Shown here: piece after piece, positions 39,195 through 51,734 of the stretch | Layout of the letters: every line of letters starts with the position of its first letter | How positions within the stretch are numbered: the first letter of the stretch is position 1 | Source: Octopus sinensis | Lineage: Eukaryota | Assembly: GCF_006345805.1 (NCBI RefSeq) | Contig: NC_042998.1 | Coordinates: 18,104,001 to 18,168,000 of the forward strand | Length of the DNA stretch: 64,000 bases | Direction of reading: 5' to 3' | The notes under the pieces: generated by a model | What the model was told of the DNA's origin: nothing | The model's database searches: none | What the model saw: the letters and a program-made list of their open reading frames with translations, nothing else | Made by a program: the position numbers and the translations under genes

Positions 39195-41399
39195 GATAAA
39201 TGAACTATAAAACCGAGACTATTATGCAGTTACGTAATATCGTAATTCCTGGTTCGTATACCACGTAAGATTATGTACCAGGTTACGTATACACACTTAT
39301 ACACACATACTGGAACTACACATTGACAGGATACCAAACATGCTTATTGAGTAATCTAATGATGGCAGGAAACTTTGCATACTACCAACTGATTTGGAGA
39401 TTAGAATGTAACTATTTCAATTTATGTAGGAGACTGTGTTTGGATAATTTTTTATGAACAGTTTTATATGCTTCTACATAATATCTGAATTACATTACTC
39501 CATTGAAAGTTTTACATTTAGATTTTTACTTGCGTATTACCTGTATGAAATATAATACTAATGTTTTATAACCTTTACAGGTGCAGTGACCTTTTGCTGC
39601 GGATCCTCTCACCTCTTGTCCTATCACGTATTGATTATTTGTTCTTAAGAGATCATACGGAATGAGAGTGTTCGTTAAGTGGTCCTAATAATCTGATGGG
39701 TTGATCTTTCTCGGTGAGATATGTCGTTTGATATGAAGAAGGGTTTTTGTTTGTATGAATGTTTTCAATATTTGTATGGCGGATAGTGTTTATATCTCAA
39801 TGTTGTGAATTTGTAAATCACGAAAATTCATATTGGAAGTATAACTATAAAGAGGGCAATTTCGTTACGACAGTTGGTTCCATTGCTTCAGAATTTGCAT
39901 AAAGTTGCGTGCTTCTCTTTGTTGGAGAATATAAATGTGAAACAATATCCGTGTGTGTGTTAAGCTCCCATATTATTTAAGTGTAGTTATTCGGTCCTAC
40001 GTCCGTAAAATTATATACCCTGTATATTTTTATTGACAATAGCAATTTCATTTTGCATTTTCACCTAATCTTGACAACTGAGTGACATTGCCTTTAAACA
40101 AGAGATGAATATTAAGGATATTTTATGATGACCGTTTAAAATATAGTTGCTCCTTCCCATTTTTGCAATTACTGTATGGGCATCTATATGTCCAATTTTT
40201 TATTACGTCATTCATTTAAGAAATTTAACTATATCAAGGAGGTTACAAAATGGCATTTTATTTCAATACAGGCAATCATTTCACCAACGTATTACCAATG
40301 TATCATTCATTTTGCTTCAATAGTTTGTCATTTTCAATAATTCTCAAGAACATTACATTAATTTCAAATAATCTCATATTTTTAAAATTATTTCCAAACA
40401 AAAGAATGAAGGACAGATAAATACTTGATAGAATCGTAAATTTCTTCACTTTTACTTTCGCCCTTGTTAGAAATTTCACCTTAAGTTGGTAATTTTTACG
40501 TCAATTGGGTAATTTAGAATCACATAGATATCAAGTTATTTTATCTCACTTCAGTCACATGCACTTTGATCTATAATTAAAGAGAAAATTCATGAAGGAA
40601 GTCTCTGTTCGTCACATTATGTAGACCGCTCGCCTTTGTGATAAGAATTTCAAAGATGTCAAACCTATTGCCACAAGAAATATATTAAAATATACTCCAT
40701 CCCCGAATTTGTCTCATCATTCCACACTTTTTTCTATCAACGTGAAATGTAGGGCAATTTTGTTAAAGTACATTCCACTATTATGATTGTGTCAATTCAA
40801 TCGAATATACTTACTTCTTTCGCCTACTAGCATCGACTGAAACACAATTTGCATTTCCTAATGTGTATTAATTTGGTCTATTGAGTTGGTGTATATCACA
40901 CATCTGCAAATTATTCTTTAAAATATCACTCGTACAAGAAAAGATACCTCATGAGGTATAATTAAATGTGAAAGATATTTAGTGAGAAGAAGTAACAGAT
41001 ATGAAGTTCACATTCAAACTTCTACAAGTCTACTCTGTTAATATATTTTCATTTGTTCCTCGGCATTTTAGAATCGAGAATGGGTTTGATACAATCATGT
41101 AATTGACAGCATAATATTTCAACGCCATGAAAGGCAGTCAATCAATCTTTTAGCAAAATATAGAATTACATTTCAACAGAATACAAATTTGCTCAATACG
41201 AAGTAAAACTTAGATAAAAATTCCAACGGCACCTACAAAAGAATAGAAGAACTGTGAGACAGTCTGGATATCTACAAAAGGCTGAAATCATTTTAAAATT
41301 TCGTGTTTGAAAAACGACATACATAAAAATAAATCATCCTACAAAAAGTGATATGTATGTGTGTGTGTGTAAATATATATATACATATATATATATATA

Positions 41400-41454
<55 letters not shown>

Positions 41455-41543
41455 ATATATAGAGACAGCAATAGCGGTGCCCCAGCATGGCCACAGCTCA
41501 TGAGCTGAAACTAGAATCAATCAATCAATCAATCATATATAAA

Positions 41544-41885
41544 TAAATAAATGAGAGAATGGAGTCGAACGACGATTTAACAAAATTCCTTTATTCTCGA
41601 CATATGTTTCGAAGACTGCATATTCCTAATTCCGAAGGAATAAGGGGTGCATTATGCCGCCTTCTCATCAGGAAAGACAAGGAACTATGGACACCGTGTG
41701 GGCAGTCATCTAAAACTTTTTGTTCGTCATGATGCTGACATAAGTTCCTTGTCTTTCCTGATGAGAAGGCGGCATAATGCACCCCTTATTCCTTCGGAAT
41801 TAGTAATATGCAGTCTTCGAAACATATGTCGAGAATAAAGGAATTTTGTTAAATCGTCGTTCGACTCCATTCTCTCATTTATTTA
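41544..41885. repeat. 342-bp fold-back element: 143-bp arms (1 mismatch) with a 56-bp spacer
   Basis: 41544-41686 is the reverse complement of 41743-41885 apart from attagGaata versus attagTaata. Confidence 0.97.
41745..41843 (+). ncRNA. Complete type I hammerhead ribozyme (mirror copy at 41586-41684, minus strand)
   Basis: TTCCTT-gtc-TTTC-CTGATGA-GAAGGCGGCATA...TATGCAGTCTTC-GAAAC-ATAT-GTC-GAGA-ata-AAGGAA. Canonical core, GUC triplet, long stem II, stem I with an internal loop. Confidence 0.88.
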
Positions 41886-42313
41886 GAGTAAAAATACACA
41901 CAAATTTCCACACGAAAGCACGTGATTTCTGCCCTTGGCATGTAGCTTCAACCGTGTTTTCTGACGGGAATTTGCTACCCAGGTATCGGTTAACCGAGTT
42001 ATCCATACTAGGATAATTCATTCAACTACTTAAATATTTATATATATATTCTTATTCGCATACCCGGTGAACCTGGTTGCCTATCGCTTCGAAACATATT
42101 TTGGAAGTATAAATGATTTGAATAGCACGTGCGTTTGTCTCCATTTCTTAATTTATCCATGTTATATAAAAACATTTCATTTTAACCATGCAATTTCTAC
42201 ATTTATAGGTAGTCTGCAATATTTGGCACATTTGTGAATTTTTACTACTCTGGTAACTATTTATTTACGTTTTCTTCTTATTTGTACACATTGAAAATAT
42301 ATACATCCATTAA

Positions 42314-42344
<31 letters not shown>

Positions 42345-42346
42345 CA

Positions 42347-42447
<101 letters not shown>

Positions 42448-42453
42448 CATTAA

Positions 42454-42488
<35 letters not shown>

Positions 42489-42490
42489 AT

Positions 42491-42872
42491 AGGCGTAGAA
42501 GTGGCTGAGTGATAAGTAGCTTGCTCATCAACCACATGGTTCCGGGTTCAGTCCCACTGCGTGGCACCTTGGGCATGTGTCTTCTGCTATAGCCTCGGGC
42601 CGACCAAAGCCTTGTGAGTGGATTTGGTATATATATATATGTATGTGTGTGTGTATGTTTGTGTGTCTGTCTTTGCCCCCCTCCCCAACATCGCTTGACA
42701 ACCGAAGTTGGTGTGTTTAGGTCCCCGTAAATTCGCTGTTCGGTAAAAGAGAATGATAGAATAAAGACTAGACTTACAAAGAATAAGTCCTGGGGTCGAT
42801 TTGCTCGACTAAAAGTGGTGCTCCAGCATGGCCACAGTCAAATGAGTGAAACGAGTAAAAGAGTAAAAGAGA
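42491..42872 (+). mobile_element. SINE family B
   Basis: Family B head, microsatellite and tail. Confidence 0.9.
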
Positions 42873-43082
42873 ATATATGTATATGTATATACATACATAT
42901 ATATATATACATATATACATATACGTACATATGTATGTAAATGCATATACATACATGTACGCACACACATATATATATCAGTAATAACAAAGGGTAAAAT
43001 TAATTAATTAAGAAGTAATCAATAATTTCACCAAGTAGAGGTCGGCATCAAAAATGGACCATTTTATGGTAAACTTAAGTAA

Positions 43083-43200
43083 TACTAAATAATTAGGGTT
43101 CAGCAAAAAATTCCTAAGAAATAGCTACCGTTTTTGGCTGCTTTTTCTAAGCTTCGGTATGTGGTAAAGCAATTTTTTGCTGAGCCCTAATTATTTAGTA
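43083..43200. repeat. Inverted repeat, 30-bp arms (1 mismatch), 58-bp spacer, in a PLE-type tail relic
   Basis: tactaaataattagggttcagcaaaaaatt (43083-43112) versus 43171-43200. Confidence 0.9.
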
Positions 43201-43204
43201 TATA

Positions 43205-43290
<86 letters not shown>

Positions 43291-43348
43291 TATAATATAT
43301 ATATATATATATATAATATATTATATGTATATGTATATATATATATAT

Positions 43349-44275
43349 AAACAAGAAGGGTAGTAATATTATTTACTACCAGGTGCCCAGCACAAAAGAC
43401 GAATTAGTCATAAGACAAAAATATTATTCATATAGAAATATTATTCATGTAGTTTATACATTAAGGGCTCCTAAATTAAGATGCCGAGTGCTGGAACACA
43501 AAAGGGGATGAATTTATCGAGAGTGAAAATCAAAAACGTTTACCGATAACTTTTACAACTCGAACCGCGGTTTCTGCTTCTTTCTAGCAAAACACAGAAT
43601 ATGTTTGCTAAGGCTAGCTTCATCAGCGAGTCGCCTAAATTTAATCGAGGTCTGCAGCGATGTGGGACCATGTGTTGAACCCGACTACTAGCAGATCTTA
43701 ACTTTTCAAATCTCTGCGCAGACGCAAAACTCACACGGCAGTATCGGGCATGCCGGGAGGAATTTTACGAATCAATCCATCATGTAATATGCGAATATAA
43801 ACAAGAAGGGCAGTAATATTATTTACTACCAGGTGCCCAACACAAAAGACGATATGTCATAAGACAAAAATATTATTCATATAGAAAAATATTATTCATG
43901 TAGTTATACACAAGGGCTCCTAAATTAAGATGCCGAGTGCTGGAACACAAAAAGGGGATGAATTTATCGAGAGTGAAAATCAAAAACGTTTACCGATAAC
44001 TTTTACAACTCGACCGCGGTTTCTGCTTCTTTCTAGCAAAACACAGAATATGTTGCTAAGCTAGCTTCATCAGCGAGTCGCCTAAATTATCGAGGTCTGC
44101 AGCGATGTGGGACCATGTGTGAACCCGACTACTAGCAGATCTAACTTTTCAAATCTCTGCGCAGACGCAAAACTCACACGCAGTATCGGGCATGCCGGGA
44201 GGAATTTTACGAATCAATCCATCATGTAATATGCGAATATAAACAAGAAGGGTAGTAATATTATTTACTACCAGG

Positions 44276-44276
<1 letters not shown>
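43349..44276 (-). mobile_element. Tandem ~450-bp HHR-bearing units (2.08 copies), retrozyme-like
   Basis: Units at 43349-43798, 43799-44240 and a partial 44241-44276, each full unit with an HHR. (TA)n on both flanks; no RT ORF. Confidence 0.8.
43557..43632 (-). ncRNA. Type I hammerhead ribozyme, unit 1 (unit 2 copy at 44007-44079)
   Basis: GACTCG-CTGATGA-a-GCT...hairpin...AGC-a-GAAAC-CGCG-GTT-CGAGTT: 6-bp stem I, palindromic ACCGCGGT stem/loop III, A.A mismatch at the base of stem II. Confidence 0.75.
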
Positions 44277-44315
<39 letters not shown>

Positions 44316-45807
44316 GCATATAAGGGTGTGAGTGTGTTTGCACGTGTGCGTGTATGTATGTATATCAATCATCAGCTAAAATTATGATCAATTCAAATGT
44401 TTAGAAACTCAGATTCTTTTCACATTAACCTGCATTTTGATGGAAGTCCTTTGTGTATCATTGACACACCGAGAGGAATAAATGATGCGTTATGTTGCAG
44501 TAATTTACTCCACGTTCAGTGTATAGCTCCGTAAATGGTAACTGTGTGATATTTTCGATCTCAAAGGTTTCCACCCACTGTAACACTATATTGTTTTGAA
44601 TTAGAGGAAGCATTTCATAAGAAACACTTCATGTCTTATAATCACATTCTCACAATCATATACACACGCATACATATACACATACAAAGACACACACACA
44701 TACACACATATACACATATATATATATATATGTATATAGTTCGTAATTTTATACCGCACGGTATATTCTATATGAGTGTCTATTTATTAGCTCTCATATC
44801 AATAGATAACCGTAGAATGCTGTACATATATGTACACACACATACAAACACACAAACACGCACATACACACACACACACATATGCGTATATATATGTATC
44901 TCTCTCTCTTTTTCCCTCTTTGCATATATGTGTGTGTGTATGTAAGGATGTATGCATGAATATACGTTATTCTAGTAGCATACGTTCTGCAGTCCAGCTT
45001 GGATATAAAATGATTTATTGAAATCGTAACTGAATTAGATCAGAAAAGTCGTATTTAGTTATTATGGTAAATCAGAATTCCGGTTATAAACAAACGTTTA
45101 CACATAAACTGGAGGAAATATTAATATGAGCAGGTTAGTTTCCTTAACTTTGAATCCATATGATAATAAATATTTTCGTTTGGTAATAAAGGAAACATCA
45201 TAAGCATTCCGAAAATACGCCCATAAACAATTTCAATAAAATTACTTACACTACACTTTCAAATGCACCGAAACATCGGTAAAATTCGGGATTTTGAAAT
45301 TGGGTTATTTGTGCTGAAATCAAACATTTGATTACAACATGATTATATTTTGTTTAGATATGATAACTGATTTTACTAACCAAACATGTGCTTAATGTGT
45401 CAAAGATCAAGAGCAGCTCTTAGGACTCCAGACATGAACACGTTCCTTTCAGCCCACCTATCAGCTTAAAAATGTATAGGCAATTGGATAAGCATGGTTT
45501 TAAATAGACCCTGCTCAAAATACATAAAGATAGTTAAGCTGCTCGAGCAAAGCTTAGCAAGGGCTAAACAAATTTATTAGATTTGCATGTTCTCCAGGAA
45601 TAAAGTTTTTATAATTTTAAGATATATTAAGGTTCTTTTTCTTCTTCTTAGAAACGTATCTTACGTTTCATGGTTTTAGAATTGCTTTTTAACTCGTTTG
45701 CCATAATGAATAGCTAAAAGTGTTAACTATAAAATCGCTGTCTAATAGTGATACATGATTATGTAAGAAAATCAGATCTTTAATTATATTACATTGCAAA
45801 TTCTGAT

Positions 45808-45986
45808 CAGAATTGGCTGTGTGGTAAGCAGCTTGTCACCAACCACATGGTCCTGGATTCAGTCCCACTGCGTGGTACCTTCAGCAAGTCTGCTATGGCC
45901 TGGGGTCGATCAAAGCCTTGTGAGTGGACTTGGTAGACGGAAACTGGAAGAAGCCCGTCGTATATGTATGTATATATATATATATA

Positions 45987-46018
<32 letters not shown>

Positions 46019-46440
46019 ACGTGTGTTTGTGTGTCTGTGTTTGTACCCCCAACATGTATGTATGTATGTATGTATGTATGTATGTATGTATGTATGTATG
46101 TATGTATGTATGTATGTATGTATGCATGCAAGTATGTATGTATGTATGTTGTATGTATGTATGTATGTATGTATGTATGTGTGTGTGTGTATGTGTGTAT
46201 GTATGTATGTATGTATGTATGTATGTATGTATGCGTGTATGTTTGGGTGCCTTTGTTTATCCCCTCAACATCGCTTGGCAACCGATGCTGGTGTGTTTAC
46301 GTTCCCGTAACTTAGCGATTTGGCATAAGAGCCTGATAGAATTACAAAAATTAAGTCCTGGTGTCGATTTGCTCGACTAAAGGCGATGCTCCAGCATGGC
46401 TGCAGTCACATGACTGAAACACGTAAAAGAGTAAAAGAGT
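45808..46440 (+). mobile_element. SINE family B with expanded (TATG)n interior
   Basis: Family B head and tail separated by about 290 bp of microsatellite. Confidence 0.88.
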
Positions 46441-47255
46441 ATATCTTAGATATACTTGGGTAATATGCCTGTGTTATTTTTACATATTATTCCAAACAAC
46501 ATTATGGAATTTTGATGCAAGTCCACTCTTGACTTGGGTGTTAGTTTCTTAGGTTCTTATAATAATGATCCGAAAAATTATTGCTGTAAGTGATATTTCC
46601 AGAATGCTGACATATTATATCAACGACAGCCCGGTTTTTTTATTCCTAGAATTTTCACAGATTTTCAGAAGTCATTTCGAACATTTGAAAATTTAGAATA
46701 TCCGAAATTGAAACGACTGGATACTGTTTCACAATCTAGAAATGTAGAATGCTTATGTTTATATATATATTTAATGAACTCTACTTCAGCTGAAAGCTGA
46801 ATTGGCCATTCTTTTGTTATTTTAGACATTGCTGGAATAGTTTTTTATCCATAATACTGTGGTCCTTTGGGTTGTTATTCTTAAATAAAGTAATACACAC
46901 GATTGGCCGATAGCGTATCGTTTCAAAGACGACCAATCTTAAAATCCCTTCATACCACAGATGCATTTTGGTTACAAGTATACCAACAGTCGGTCACTGT
47001 TTTAAATTAGCAGAAATAATAATATACAAAAGCTAAAGAAAAGATTTAAAGATAAAATCTTGCATTTTCCTATCAAAACAAAATCACGGAAAAAATATAT
47101 TACAGCAAAATGCAGCAGATGAGAAAATACAATCTTGTGTCAATAAAGGAAAACGAATCATTAAGTAAGTATAAATAACATACATTCATGTACGTAGTTT
47201 ATTACAATACACTCACACACACTCACACACATGCGCACATACTCACTCACACATG

Positions 47256-47286
<31 letters not shown>

Positions 47287-47666
47287 ATACACACACGCAC
47301 ACAGATACATGCACATACTAACACACTCACACACATTAACAGTTTAGATCAAGATCGGATCCTGAAACGAAAATTTTGGTACGAGTGATATGTCGAATGC
47401 ATTTTCTGAGTGTCACGATTTTCCCTGCTTCAAGAAAAAGTTGGTTTTCCTTGCACGAGAAACAAAGGTTACTCACAATGGGGTGTTCATATTACGTAGT
47501 AGAATCAATGGTTGCCGACTGCCGGTGATGTTTACTGACTACTGGATTTGTGATTAGTAGTGATTACATAATGCAACTGGGTGCGACTGCTACAGACAGC
47601 AATAGGATTAACGACTGACAATATATATTAGACGGAATAAACTACAGCATAGTATATAGGAATAGG

Positions 47667-47863
47667 AGGCCGGCGAGCTGGCAGAATGGTTTGCACGCCG
47701 GGCGAACGTTCTGAGTTCAAATTCCGCCGAGGTCGACTTTGCCTTTCATCCTTTTGGGCTCGATTAAATAAGTACCAGTTACGCACTGGGGTCGATATAA
47801 TCGACTTAATCCGTTTGTTTGTCCTTTCTGTGTTTAACCCCTCGTGGGTAGTAAAGAAATAGG
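47667..47863 (+). mobile_element. SINE family A with a 14-bp TSD (1 mismatch)
   Basis: tatataggaatagg at 47653-47666 and tatataagaatagg at 47864-47877. Confidence 0.85.
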
Positions 47864-48399
47864 TATATAAGAATAGGCTTTCTGCTCTGAAGGTAACTCC
47901 AGTCTCTAAAACTTTATAGAAATATCACTAATGATTTGGAAGTCACTTTTAGGGATTTCTCTCTAAATGTATATAGAAAATATTAACAGTTAAAGAGTCG
48001 AAATTAAGGGATTTTATCAACAATCACTAGTTTAAAATTAGCCGCTAAGGACCCCGACTTGTGGATGTAGAATCACAACTTTCTGTTTTCTTTTAATTAA
48101 TCGTTTATTGATTTTCTGTAGTTTTTACTACCAAGATGTTCACTGTTCAGTCCATGCCATTAATAAAAAATCAGAATCATACACGTACTACTAGAATACG
48201 AAAGCAATAACAAAGCATATAAACCCTGCATTTTATACTGATTCCCTCTCGCTACAGAACCACTCACTATTTCCTTCATCAATCAGTATCAATCGTACAG
48301 AAGAGCGTATAACATTTACTAGCCGCTCGATTTTGCAGCAGCTAAGAACAACAGACACTACTACGCTATTTAAACCTACTTTTTCAGAAAATATGTACC

Positions 48400-48730
48400 A
48401 GGCGTAGGAGTGTCTGTGTGGTAAGTAGCTTCTTCTTGGCCAAGTGTCTTCCACTTTAGCCTCGGGCCGACCAAAGGGTAGACGAAAACTGAAAGAAACC
48501 TGTCGTATATATATGTATATATATATACATATATATATACATATATATATACATATATATACACATATATATACACATATATATACATATATATATACAT
48601 ATATATATAACATATATATATACATATATATACATATATATATATACATATATATATACATATATATATACATATATATATATATATTATACATATATAT
48701 ATATACATATATATATATATACATATATAT

Positions 48731-48761
<31 letters not shown>

Positions 48762-49146
48762 ATATATATATATATATGTATATATATATACATATATATA
48801 TGTATGCGCATGGCTCAGTGGTTAGAGCGTCGAGCTTACGATCGTGAGGTTGTGAGCTCGAATCCCGGACCGGGCTGCGTGTTGTGTTCTTGAGCAAGGC
48901 ACTTTATTTCACGTTGCTCCAGTTCACTCAGCTGTAGAAATGAGTTGCGACGTCACTGGTGCCAAGCTGTATCGACCTTTGTCTTTCCCTTGGATAACAC
49001 TGGTGGTGTGGAGAGGGGAGGCTGGTATGCATGGACGACTGCTGGCCTTCCATAAACAACCTTGCCCGGACTTGTATCTAGGAAGGTAACTTCTAGGTGC
49101 AATCCCATGGTCATTCATGACCGAAGGGGGTCTTTACATATATATA

Positions 49147-49189
<43 letters not shown>

Positions 49190-49372
49190 GTGTATATGTT
49201 TGTATGTCTGTGTTTGTTTCCCCAACATCGCTTGACAATGCTGGTGAGTTTACGTCCCCGTAACTTAGCGTTTCGGCAAAATAGACTGATAGAATAAGTA
49301 CTAGGCTTACAAAGAATAAGTTCTGGGGTCGAATTGGTCGACTAAATGACTGAAACAATAAAAGAGTAAAAG
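48400..49372 (+). mobile_element. SINE family B interrupted by a family C SINE
   Basis: B head at 48400-48505, (TA)n, the C element, (TG)n, then the B tail at about 49200-49372. Confidence 0.85.
48806..49138 (+). mobile_element. SINE family C, full length, tRNA-derived head
   Basis: A-box tggctcagtggttagagc and B-box-like gctcgaatccc, followed by a non-tRNA body. Confidence 0.9.
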
Positions 49373-49546
49373 TGTAATCATATAATGAAAATTAGCCTTG
49401 GCTATAAACGAACATTTTGCTCCTCAGTAAAACGTTGTGTAATGAGATCTTATATTAGAGATAAATACACACTGTACAAGACGTAATATTATATACTTCT
49501 TTTTGTATACCTCTCCATCTACTGCATGCATCCACTCCCTACTCAC

Positions 49547-49580
<34 letters not shown>

Positions 49581-50211
49581 TTTCTCTGTACCTTCTAATT
49601 TGTCAGTATATAAAACTATGTACGTCAATCACGACCGAGTTATGACATGATGGCATGAACCACGTTTTTCTAATTGCTTCAGGTTACAATATGGTTGGCC
49701 TTTCCATTTTAGATGCAGCGGAACATCAAATGTGCAACAGCTGGGAAGAGAGCGAGCGAAAGAGAGAAGGGGAGCGAATGGAAAGAGAGAGAGAGAGAGA
49801 GAGAGATAGAGAGAGAGAGTGAGGGAAAGAGAGAGCGAGAGAAAGAAAGAGAGAGAGAAGGTAAGAGAGAGCCGCACAAGCACTTGATAGAATGCAACCC
49901 ACGCCCCGGCTAAGATCGAACGCTCAAATTTTTGGTCACGAGTATACCTGCGCATGCATACAAATGTGCGAGCATTTATAACTATATGCATATATATATA
50001 TATATACTATACATACACACACACACGTATATATATATATATATATATATATTTTTAAATTTATTTTTATCTAGTTTCAGCTCACAATTTATATATATCT
50101 TCTGATTTATATATATCTTCTGATTAAGTGAAATAAAAAAGACTGAAGTACAAATAAGTACATATCCACAAAGGCCTGCATGCATACGCATATTATCCCA
50201 CCTAAAGATAA

Positions 50212-50296
<85 letters not shown>

Positions 50297-50299
50297 TAT

Positions 50300-50344
<45 letters not shown>

Positions 50345-50364
50345 CAGACAGATGGATAGATGAA

Positions 50365-50830
50365 TTGATATTGATTCTAATAGGCAAAGAGCACACGGAT
50401 ATTACAGGGAATGTTATCTCTACAATACAAGATATATGCTGTCAAGTCACAGCGGGGTTCTTCGATAAATGTAAAGCTTCAGCATGTTATAGTTTCTTAG
50501 ATGTGAACATAGAAATAATATTTTTTCATGCTTTTAAAAGAACACGAAAGTCGTTGAATGCATTCTCTGTTTTGAAGCTGCATTGTGATGCATGCAAATA
50601 TAAACAATTTGTTTACTGTTTGTTTATTATTTTATTTTGGTTGTACGAAAACACTATCTGCAAAAAGTATCACTAAAAATATCGAAAGTAGCAGTGTATC
50701 AGTATTATGCAAATTCACTGAAATATTTGAAGGAAAAAAACGTTGAGATACAGACGACCTGTGTAAAATATGCTTTCATAACGTTTTGGGTAATGTAACA
50801 CTATTTAGTCAATCTTAATTTACACTTGAT
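50365..50830 (+). pseudogene. Possible decayed leucine-rich-repeat coding remnant
   Basis: DITGNVISTIQ, LDVNIEIIFFHAFKRTRKSL, ANSLKYL and LVNLNL resemble LxxLxLxxN repeats; stops and frameshifts are present. Confidence 0.25.
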
Positions 50831-50960
50831 AATGTAAGGGAACCATTGCATGTGATCTCATGGGTTGCTTTTACGCTAATTTTTGCGTTGAAGAATATGG
50901 CAAAAGTTTCATCTCGATTATAAGACTCATCCAAATTTATCCTTAATTTCTTTGCCATAT

Positions 50961-51734
50961 ATTTTGGGTCATCTTATATATCATGTGTTTTTTCAATTGC
51001 ATGAATTAAAAGTCGGAGAGCGACGTGATAAATTACCTGAAGCAACTTGCTATAGAAGCAGTTAGTATATTTTACCTTGTACTTATTCTTAGTCCAAGTT
51101 TTGAAGAGTGTAGATCGATTCTAGCAGTTATTTTTTCAAAGCTATAATGGAAGTGACAAAGACGCATATTCGGCGTATTTTGCTTTATGAATTCAATAAA
51201 GGCAACAACTCAATGGAAAGTGTGAGGAATATTAATGCAGTATGTGGGGATCGAATAATATGCGTTTAGCCAGTGTCAACGGTGGTTCCAGAAATTCCGA
51301 GTCGGAATCTACAGCCTAGATGACGAGACTCGTCCTGGAAGATCAATGGAACTCGACGAGGATGTCCTGAAAACTCTGGGGGAACAAAATTCCATCGTAA
51401 CCGTTGAAGAACTAGCAGAGAAGCTCGGATTTGGTCATTAAAGCATTTATCAACACCTACGTATCATCGGAAAAGTCAGCAAATTGAATCAATTGGTTCC
51501 CCACAAACTTTCCAAATCTAATCGCGCACAGAGAGTGAATGTGTGCTTTTCTTTGCTATCACGTCTCACTAATGAAACTTTTTTCGACAGAATAGTGACT
51601 GGTGACGAGAAATTGGTTCGCTATAAATGCGTCAAGCGCCGGAGAGAGTGGGTAGGGAACAGAGAAACACCGGCACCCCAGTCTAAAGTCCGTCTCCCCA
51701 CACGCAAGATTTTGTTATCTGTTTGGTGGGATAT
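50961..51734 (+). mobile_element. Mariner transposon, 5' half (transposase pseudogene)
   Basis: ATG at 51147: MEVTKTHIRRILLYEFNKG...RWFQKF...RPGR...LVPHKL...IVTGDEK...LSVWWD; truncated after WWD. Confidence 0.9.

Noticed and set aside
39580-41000. Microsatellite-free stretch with coding-like fragments (e.g. IACIEIKCH on the minus strand)
   Set aside because: Frequent stops in all frames and no recognisable family; cannot be supported without a translated search.
41591-41838. Mirror-image 63-aa ORFs on both strands
   Set aside because: A by-product of the palindrome; the sequence is better explained as an HHR RNA structure.
47470-47600. Minus-strand AG...GTGAGT exon-like segment ending in YEHPI
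   Set aside because: Stops in all three frames.
48806-48880. tRNA-like sequence
   Set aside because: It has A/B boxes but no acceptor stem and continues into a SINE body that is repeated elsewhere.
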